Origin: Laetmonice hystrix
Taxonomy: Eukaryota
Assembly: GCA_965235115.1 (NCBI GenBank)
Contig: OZ249445.1
Span: 744,001-808,000 of the forward strand
Length of the DNA stretch: 64,000 nucleotides
Reading direction: 5' to 3'
The notes beneath the pieces are model-generated. The model was not told the origin of the DNA. It did no database searches and saw only the letters and a list, made by a program, of their open reading frames with translations. Shown one piece after another: positions 55,621-64,000 of the stretch. The first letter of the stretch is position 1. Every line of letters begins with the position of its first letter. The position numbers and the translations under genes are program-made.

Positions 55621-57354
55621 AACCATAATCTAAGAGAAGTGTTGACACAAGATAAAAAATGTAGTTTCATTTTGTCATCCTGCTTGATATGATTTTGTAT
55701 TCTGACCTGCTAAATCATGCTCTATGATGTATGATTCGTATTGAAGCGGTGAAGTCATTGGGTAATAATGCCAGTATCATAGGGTGGTACAGTGGAACAC
55801 CTGGACCAAAGTTCATACTTGCTGTTACTGTTTGTACCGGGTACTACCATTATAATAGGTCATGTGTGTAGCTGAGTGAGACTTAGCACCAACCTTGTTT
55901 CCGGCACTCATCCTGGAATTTATTCCAGTGTCCCAGCTCATTCTTAGCAAGATGAACAGAGAAGTAAAAAAGTATCGTTGTTATTTGAACTTCCTGAGAT
56001 GTGTTTTGTGAGGAAATGTGCGAAGAGGTCACTTGTTTTGAAGTATGATGAGGGAAGGTTGGTATAAAATGATGAATATATTATACATTTTAAGTAGGGT
56101 CAGCCAATTCGAGTGACTGAACACCCAGGACAACCAAAAAATTAGTCTGGGCAACTGAAAAGAACAGATCTGTTGCCCATCGGGACAACCACAACAATGC
56201 CTTTCTAGTAGATATATACCGTATAGAAGACTATTGGCAGTATTGCAGTGGATGGTCCAAACCAAAGCTGGATTTTTTATCCTAACACTGCAAATGCAAT
56301 AGACCACTAGCTCAGAATACATAAAAACAGGCTATTGCCATCTGCTGGCCACAAAGTAGACTGACTGGCTATTTGTGGACTGAAACTTTGTTTTGATCTT
56401 TTTTTTATTTCGATAATCTTTAAACAGTTCCCGGAAAACCATGATTAGTTGTTTGGCAACCAGTTTTGAGATTTTGGTTGCCCAATTTCTGGGAGATTTG
56501 GTGGTCCCTATGCCTGTCACATTGTGATTATTTGAGATAGTTAGGCAGTGACACTTTGACCAAATAAACATTGTTACAAGAAATGTTGATGTCAGCTGGA
56601 AGTAGGTGTGTCCTTGGGTTCATCTGGTAACCTTGACCGTAACTGGTTGGCAGGAGGAAGTGGTGGTGGAGGGGGGGGGGGGTTGAGAATCAGCAGTCTA
56701 CCAGGAAGTACTCTCGTCCCTGATCCGGGCCTACACTGCGGCTGGGTGGGCAACCAGGCCAGCTTGCTTGTCCAAGACATCAGATCTTCTGCCTTATGAA
56801 TAAGATACCACAAATGTTGAGGTACTCGGAGTGTTGGTCATCTACCAGAATACCTCAAACTCGAATGGCACTGTAGGTTGTTAGACGTGATTTTATAGTT
56901 TACCAACGTGTAGCCCTAAGGCCTAAACATGATCATACATGGAAGGTACTTTAGTGAGCTCAAAGAAGTACAAGTACATATTATTACACATAAAATCGCA
57001 GCCTGGACAAATTCTTTTGACTCACAGTGAAATTTAAGAGTTGCATGAAAATATATTATTGTGATCATTGAGTACCCCAGATTAGGTACGTAATGGTTTC
57101 AACTGTGACCAACTTGTTTCATGTTCTTGGAATCATGTTTGGCTGATAACAGACAATGGAAACATCTATTTTATCAGTTGAGAAGGAAGAAAGCCAGTAG
57201 GCCTGTTCTGCTGGTGAAATAGTGTGTGACTGTGAGCCAGGAATGAAGGGCCAACTGTGTGTGTGTGTGTGTGTGGGGGGGGGGGGGTCAGGCAGAATGA
57301 AAATGAAATGGCTGTGTGAGTTGAAGCCTCCAGTGGCAGCCAAGTCTCCCCCCC

Positions 57355-60300
57355 CCTTACTGTGGACTGAGTGACCCCAGTGGTCAAACATGTACCTCCT
57401 TACTGTGGACTGAGTGACCCCAGCGGTCAAACATGTACCTCCTTACTGTGGACTGAGTGACCCCAGCGGTCAAACATGTACCTCCTTACTGTGGACTGAG
57501 TGACCCCAGTGGTCAAACATGTACCTCCTTACTGTGGACTGAGTGACCCCAGCGGTCAAACATGTACCTCCTTACTGTGGACTGAGTGACCCCAGCGGTC
57601 AAACATGTCCTTACTGTGGACTGAGTGACCCCAGCGGTCAAACATGTACCTCCTTACTGTGGACTGAGTGACCCCAGTGGTCAAACATGTACCTCCTTAC
57701 TGTGGACTGAGTGACCCCAGCGGTCAAACATGTACCTCCTTACTGTGGACTGAGTGACCCCAGTAGTCAAACATGTACCTCCTTACTGTGGACTGAGTGA
57801 CCCCAGCGGTCAAACATGTACCTCCTTACTGTGGACTGAGTGACCCCAGCGGTCAAACATGTACCTCCTTACTGTGGACTGAGTGACCCCAGTGGTCAAA
57901 CATGTACCTCCTTACTGTGGACTGAGTGACCCCAGCGGTCAAACATGTACCTCCTTACTGTGGACTGAGTGACCCCAGCGGTCAAACATGTACCTCCTTA
58001 CCAGGGATGGGAACTATTACAGGCGATCGATTACGATTACTATTACTATTGCTTTGAAATTTTACAATTACTATTACTATTACAATTACATTATTTCTAA
58101 TCTATTATAATTACTATTACTATTACTGAGCCATCTATTACAATTACAATTACTATTACATTTTTGCAAGCTGCTTGATCCCGACAAACTTTAAAAGACT
58201 GGCACAGAAAACCCAAACCCAAACAAAGCACCCATCGGCACCCTTCTTAACAGATTTAAAATGAGCCCAGACCGACATCTTGATTGAACAGTGACAACTA
58301 CAGCAGAGACTGAGATGCCAGCTCAGAGTGACAGGCTGGCACTGGCAACCAGTATTTAAACACAGCTCAAGGCAGAAAGTGTCTTGATTTGGCCACTGCC
58401 TTGAGCAGTTCAAGGTAGTAGGCTCCCAAGAGCAGTTCAAGGGGCAGGGTGTGAAAGCTGCTTAGATACAAAAGAAACACTGACAATGGTTTGCTTAATG
58501 CAATTAGTTGTGGTGGTTTAAAACTTAGCCTTAGCTTTTAATTGGCCATATTTTTCCTTTCTAATTGCTTACTTTTTAATAATGCTGAATAAATGGGAAT
58601 GTAGGAACAAACCATTTGGATAACAGAATACATTGTATTGTTATTTGGATATAATAGAAAAATAATATACTATTACTCTATTACTCTGCCTTCTATTACT
58701 ATTACTATTACAATTACTTTAGGAAATTCTCAATCTATTACTATTACTATTACTATTACAGGAAAATCAGGCTATTACATATTAGAATTACATATTACAT
58801 ATTACTATTACCCCATCCCTGCTCCTTACTGTGGACTGAGTGACCCGAGTGGTCAAACATGTACCTCCTTACTGTGGACTGAGTGACCCCAGTGGTCAAA
58901 CATGTACCTCCTTACTGTGGACTGAGTGACCCCAGCGGTCAAACATGTACCTCCTTACTGTGGACTGAGTGACCCCAGTGGTCAAACATGTACCTCCTTA
59001 CTGTGGACTGAGTGACCCCAGTGGTCAAACATGTACCTCCTTACTGTGGACTGAGTGACCCCAGCGGTCAAACATGTACCTCCTTACTGTGGACTGAGTG
59101 ACCCCAGTGGTCAAACATGTACCTCCTTACTGTGGACTGAGTGACCCCAGTGGTCAAACATGTACCTCCTTACTGTGGACTGAGTGACCCCAGTGACCCA
59201 AGTGGTCAAACATGTACCTCCTTACTGTGGACTGAGTGACCCCAGCGGTCAAACATGTACCTCCTTACTGTGGACTGAGTGACCCCAGTGGTCAAACATG
59301 TACCTCCTTACTGTGGACTGAGTGACCCCAGTGGTCAAACATGTACCTCCTTACTGTGGACTGAGTGACCCCAGCGGTCAAACATGTACCTCCTTACTGT
59401 GGACTGAGTGACCCCAGCGGTCAAACATGTACCTCCTTACTGTGGACTGAGTGACCCCAGTGGTCAAACATGTACCTCCTTACTGTGGACTGAGTGACCC
59501 CGGCGGTCAAACATGTACCTCCTTACTGTGGACTGAGTGACCCCAGTGACCCCAGCGGTCAAACATGTACCTCCTTACTGTGGACTGAGTGACCCCAGCG
59601 GTCAAACATGTACCTCCTTACTGTGGACTGAGTGACCCCGGCGGTCAAACATGTACCTCCTTACTGTGGACTGAGTGACCCCAGTGGTCAAACATGTACC
59701 TCCTTACTGTGGACTGAGTGACCCCAGTGGTCAAACATGTACCTCCTTACTGTGGACTGAATGACCCCAGCGGTCAAACATGTACCTCCTTACTGTGGAC
59801 TGAGTGACCCCAGTGGTCAAACATGTACCTCCTTACTGTGGACTGAGTGACCCCAGCGGTCAAACATGTACCTCCTTACTGTGGACTGAGTGACCCCAGT
59901 GGTCAAACATGTACCTCCTTACTGTGGACTGAGTGACCCCAGCGGTCAAACATGTACCTCCTTACTGTGGACTGAGTGACCCCAGTGGTCAAACATGTAC
60001 CTCCTTACTGTGGACTGAGTGACCCCAGCGGTCAAACATGTACCTCCTTACTGTGGACTGAGTGACCCCAGTGGTCAAACATGTACCTCCTTACTGTGGA
60101 CTGAGTGACCCCAGTGGTCAAACATGTACCTCCTTACTGTGGACTGAGTGACCCCAGCGGTCAAACATGTCCTTACTGTGGACTGAGTGACCCCAGCGGT
60201 CAAACATGTACCTCCTTACTGTGGACTGAGTGACCCCAGCGGTCAAACATGTACCTCCTTACTGTGGACTGAGTGACCCCAGCGGTCAAACATGTACCTC

Positions 60301-60735
60301 CTTACTGTGGACTGAGTGACCCCAGTGACCCCAGCGGTCAAACATGTACCTCCTTACTGTGGACTGAGTGACCCCAGTGGTCAAACATGTACCTCCTTAC
60401 TGTGGACTGAGTGACCCCAGCGGTCAAACATGTACCTCCTTACTGTGGACTGAGTGACCCCGGCGGTCAAACATGTACCTCCTTACTGTGGACTGAGTGA
60501 CCCCAGTGGTCAAACATGTACCTCCTTACTGTGGACTGAGTGACCCCAGTGGTCAAACATGTACCTCCTTACTGTGGACTGAGTGACCCCAGTGGTCAAA
60601 CATGTACCTCCTTACTGTGGACTGAGTGACCCCAGTGGTCAAACATGTACCTCCTTACTGTGGACTGAGTGACCCCAGCGGTCAAACATGTACCTCCTTA
60701 CTGTGGACTGAGTGACCCCAGTGGTCAAACATGTA
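57355..60735. repeat. 43-bp minisatellite (~60 copies) interrupted by a transposon
   Basis: Unit CCTTACTGTGGACTGAGTGACCCCAGYGGTCAAACATGTACCT; arrays 57355-58001 and 58822-60735. Confidence 0.96.
58002..58821. mobile_element. Non-autonomous hAT element (820 bp)
   Basis: TIR CAGGGATGGG / CCCATCCCTG; perfect 8-bp TSD CTCCTTAC (57994-58001, 58822-58829); subterminal (TATTAC)n at both ends; no transposase ORF. Confidence 0.9.
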
Positions 60736-60993
60736 CTCCTCCCGACCTCTCTCCTGTTACTAAAGGAGTCCTGCTACTATCTATACCTGAACAGTGTTCA
60801 GAAACTTATCAGTTAAAGAAATCTCCAGAATTGTAGCTATCCTTAAATTTCACGATTTTATCCATTTTATTGCTCTGAATTTGACCTTAAAAAGTTGAGT
60901 CAGGGCATACAGAATCTGGTTGAATAAAATTCTCAAAATAGAAAGTTGAAAAATATCTCTGCCTCATGAGATCAGTTGGGTCGATAGCCGTAA

Positions 60994-61130
60994 AGGCTGC
61001 CGCAGACGACGAACATATTCGCGAACAAATATTAAACATGTTGAATACCAACGAACAATTGTTTGTTCGGCGTTTTGATCACCGCACACGAGCAGATTTC
61101 TGTTCGTGAACAAATCGTCTGCGGCGGCCT
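60994..61130. mobile_element. PIF/Harbinger (Tourist-like) MITE, 137 bp
   Basis: TIR AGGCTGCCGCAGACGA / TCGTCTGCGGCGGCCT; TAA on both flanks (60991-60993, 61131-61133). Confidence 0.75.
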
Positions 61131-62644
61131 TAAGATAGCATTTGAGTTGTTTGTTTAGAACATTTTGAGAAGGCTCAGATTGGCTGACTCACCTGGCCAA
61201 GTCACCCATAATGGGGGGGGGGGGTAGGCTAAGTGTGGCGGTGGTTCTGGTTGGCAGGCCGGGGAGGGGGAGGGGGGAGGGGGGAGGCGGCGCACCTCCA
61301 CAGGTGTCTTCTACCTCACCAGTTTACTCAGGGCTGAGTAACTGTCCTTTATAATGGCGTGATTGCCTGTTGGTACACGTCACTACAAGTTATGTCTCAC
61401 AGATGTAACCTTATTAAACATATTACATGTCAGGAGAAAATTACTGGTAATTAAAAACTTGCAATATCTTATTGTTGATTGAGTAAATGGTACACAAGTC
61501 TCATTATGGTCAACCTGATTGAAATGGCGCCACCAATTGATCTGACTGAAGGCATGTACTAAGTACTGGACTTCTAAAGGTCTGGTATCAGACAAGTGAA
61601 ACCGACCCCTGTACTAGAAGGTGTTCAGGCCGACCTGACGTGGGTCAGTGCTGAGTGTAGAGATCGAGGTCAAGGTCGCCTGTACTGGAATGTGTGGTGG
61701 TCTGGGCTGTCTGTCCCAAGACACCCCCCCCCCCCACACACACACAGTGGGGGTTAGGGTGGGAGAGGGGGGTTGTGCATATCTCAGACTACCACCTGCC
61801 TAGATTTATATATAACTGAAGACCCGCCTATCCCCTGACCATAAATTTTGGACCCCCACAACCATTTCGAGTTTTGGCTCTTCATTGAAAACCACAATAA
61901 AAGAGCACAAACTGGGCGTGTCCCACGACCCGCCGTGTGGAGTGTCCGGCAGCAGAGTAGGCCACCACCATCCAGTACCCGGCAGAACTCTTGTCATTGG
62001 TTCCTAGAAATATTCTCAATGAGTGCCTGCCTCAGTTGTCATGGTTTTGGCACGTCCAGCGTCTCTGGGTTGCCATAGTTTTACCACATTCACAGTTCAG
62101 TACTGTTGATTCCTGTCTCTGAACGATTTGGAAAATAAGAATTGTGGGTATGCCACAAACGTGGCTGTAGACTGGGGGCCGGTGGTGGTGGATTGAATCC
62201 ACTCAAGTACAACAGGTGAAGCACCACTGGGTGAATTAGAAACACTGGGAGATGACTGCCTGCCATGGTGTGTGAGGAACCCCCTCCCACTCCCCCAGCC
62301 TGAGCCAGTCCCACAGTGAGTGTATGGTGTGTGTTTGGGTGACCGGGTGTGGGGGTGTGTGTGTGTATGGTGTGTGTTTGTGTGACCGGGTGTGGGGGTG
62401 TGTGTGTATGGTGTGTGTGGGGGTGACCAGGTGTGGGGATGTGTGTGGATGTGTGTGGGGGGTGGGCGGTGTTGAGTTGAGGGGCCAGTGTTTGTTTGTG
62501 TTTGTGGGGGGTGGTCGCTGATATCAGTGTATCCAGGTAACAGGTAATCACCAACCTCGTCCTCCCCTGCCCTCGTGATTAACATCATACCCCCCCCCCC
62601 CCACCAAACAGGGGGGGACTGGAGAGTCGGCTCACTGAGGTTAG

Positions 62645-62845
62645 ATAATAGTAGTAATATCGGGTATGTATAGGCAGAGCCTGTTGGACCCGGTTTTGGG
62701 TTGGTTTGCCCGAGCACGGCAGGTGTAGCTAGGGCAGCTCACACTTGTCTCTCTGCCAATCATTATCCAATCTGTGTTTGAATGTGTTGAGGGTTCCTGC
62801 TTCTATCAAACTGTTGGGTAATTTGTTCCAATCATCGATAGCTCC
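62645..62845 (-). mobile_element. 3' end of a CR1/L2-type LINE (ORF2 C-terminus and 3' UTR)
   Basis: Minus frame AIDDWNKLPNSLIEAGTLNTFKHRLDNDWQRDKCELP* matches the W-N-x-L-P...F-K-x-R-L-D tail typical of CR1/L2-group ORF2; short UTR ending in TACTACTATTA. Confidence 0.65.
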
Positions 62846-62945
62846 TATACACAAGGATAATGGTCCCGCCCAGGTTAGATAACTGGGAGGGTGGGAGGGT
62901 GGCATGGTGCACCCAGTGTTTGACCTTGACTTGAAGCGTGTCGTC

Positions 62946-64000
62946 TGCTGTGTCGGGGACCGAGTACTTGCTGTGACTGTGCACGTTTGTTATCAAACCG
63001 TCACGCTGTCGTCTGCTGGGAGTGCTGTGTCGGGGACCGAGTACTTGCTGTGACTGTGCACGTTTGTTATCAAACTGTCACACTGTCGTCTGCTGGGAGT
63101 GCTGTGTCGGGGACCGAGTACTTGCTGTGACTGTGCAGTTTGTTATCAAACCGTCACACTGTCGTCTGCTGGGAGTGCTGTGTCGGGGACCGAGTACTTG
63201 CTGTGACTGTGCACGTTTGTTATCAAACCGTCACACTGTCGTCTGCTGGGAGTGCTGTGTCGGGGACCGAGTACTTGCTGTGACTGTGCACGTTTGTTAT
63301 CAAACCGTCACACTGTCGTCTGCTGGGAGTGCTGTGTCGGGGACCGAGTACTTGCTGTGACTGTGCACGTTTGTTATCAAGCCGTCACACTGTCGTCTGC
63401 TGGGAGTGCTGTGTCGGGGACCGAGTACTTGCTGTGACTGTGCACGTTTGTTATCAAGCCGTCACACTGTCGTCTGCTGGGAGTGCTGTGTCGGGGACCG
63501 AGTACTTGCTGTGACTGTGCACGTTTGTTATCAGACTGCCACACTGTCGTCTGCTGGGAGTGCTGTGTCGGGGACCGAGTACTTGCTGTGACTGTGCACG
63601 TTTGTTATCAAACCGTCACACTGTCGTCTGCTGGGAGTGCTGTGTCGGGGACCGAGTACTTGCTGTGACTGTGCACGTTTGTTATCAAACCGTCACACTG
63701 TCGTCTGCTGGGAGTGCTGTGTCGGGGACCGAGTACTTGCTGTGACTGTGCACGTTTGTTATCAAACTGTCACACTGTCGTCTGCTGGGAGTGCTGTGTC
63801 GGGGACCGAGTACTTGCTGTGACTGTGCACGTTTGTGATCAAACCGTCACACTGTCGTCTGCTGGGAGTGCTGTGTCGGGGACCGAGTACTTGCTGTGAC
63901 TGTGCACGTTTGTTATCAAACCGTCACACTGTCGTCTGCTGGGAGTGCTGTGTCGGGGACCGAGTACTTGCTGTGACTGTGCACGTTTGTTATCAAACCG
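62946..64000. repeat. 77-bp minisatellite (>=13 copies, runs off the window)
   Basis: Unit GTGCTGTGTCGGGGACCGAGTACTTGCTGTGACTGTGCACGTTTGTTATCAAACCGTCACACTGTCGTCTGCTGGGA. Confidence 0.96.

Noticed and set aside
55745-55990. Possible tRNA-derived SINE
   Set aside because: No convincing A/B boxes, cloverleaf or TSD could be identified by eye.
56590-56830. Protein-like fragments here and at 61560-62320 (for example KAEDLMSWTSKL; LGDDCLPWCVRNPLP)
   Set aside because: Interrupted by stops, no consistent splice phases and no recognisable family; may be decayed pseudogene or transposon sequence.
57355-64000. 43-bp and 77-bp arrays as CRISPR-like repeats
   Set aside because: Units are contiguous with no unique spacers, there are no cas genes, and the context is eukaryotic.

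Overview
Eukaryotic, intron-rich, gene-dense DNA from an invertebrate bilaterian (taxon not determinable from sequence alone). Four well-conserved genes plus a Ku70 gene were spliced by hand with consistent GT-AG phases: TMEM167/kish (+, 1203-2391), VPS18 (-, 3958-14793, 26 coding exons), TMEM101 (+, 15787-19045, head-to-head with VPS18), NAP1L1/4 (-, 20896-28895) and XRCC6/Ku70 (+, 43954-52394). A phase-consistent six-exon orphan gene model lies between them (-, 30982-40224). Most ORF-track entries are artefacts of tandem repeats or intron read-through. Two things stand out. (1) Four SNORD58/U58-like C/D snoRNAs, each with long flanking stems, are packed into one NAP1L intron. (2) Minisatellites are repeatedly seeded on gene punctuation: splice donors, splice acceptors, the start codon and the stop codon. 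The amplified copies extend away from the exon, giving up to dozens of decoy splice sites; most lead to premature stops, but two sets in Ku70 are in frame. The window also holds several non-autonomous DNA transposons with TIR/TSD (two inserted inside minisatellites), a CR1/L2-type LINE tail, CTCF-like motifs and many poly-G/C tracts. The last 11 kb is mostly satellite, with no confidently identified gene.
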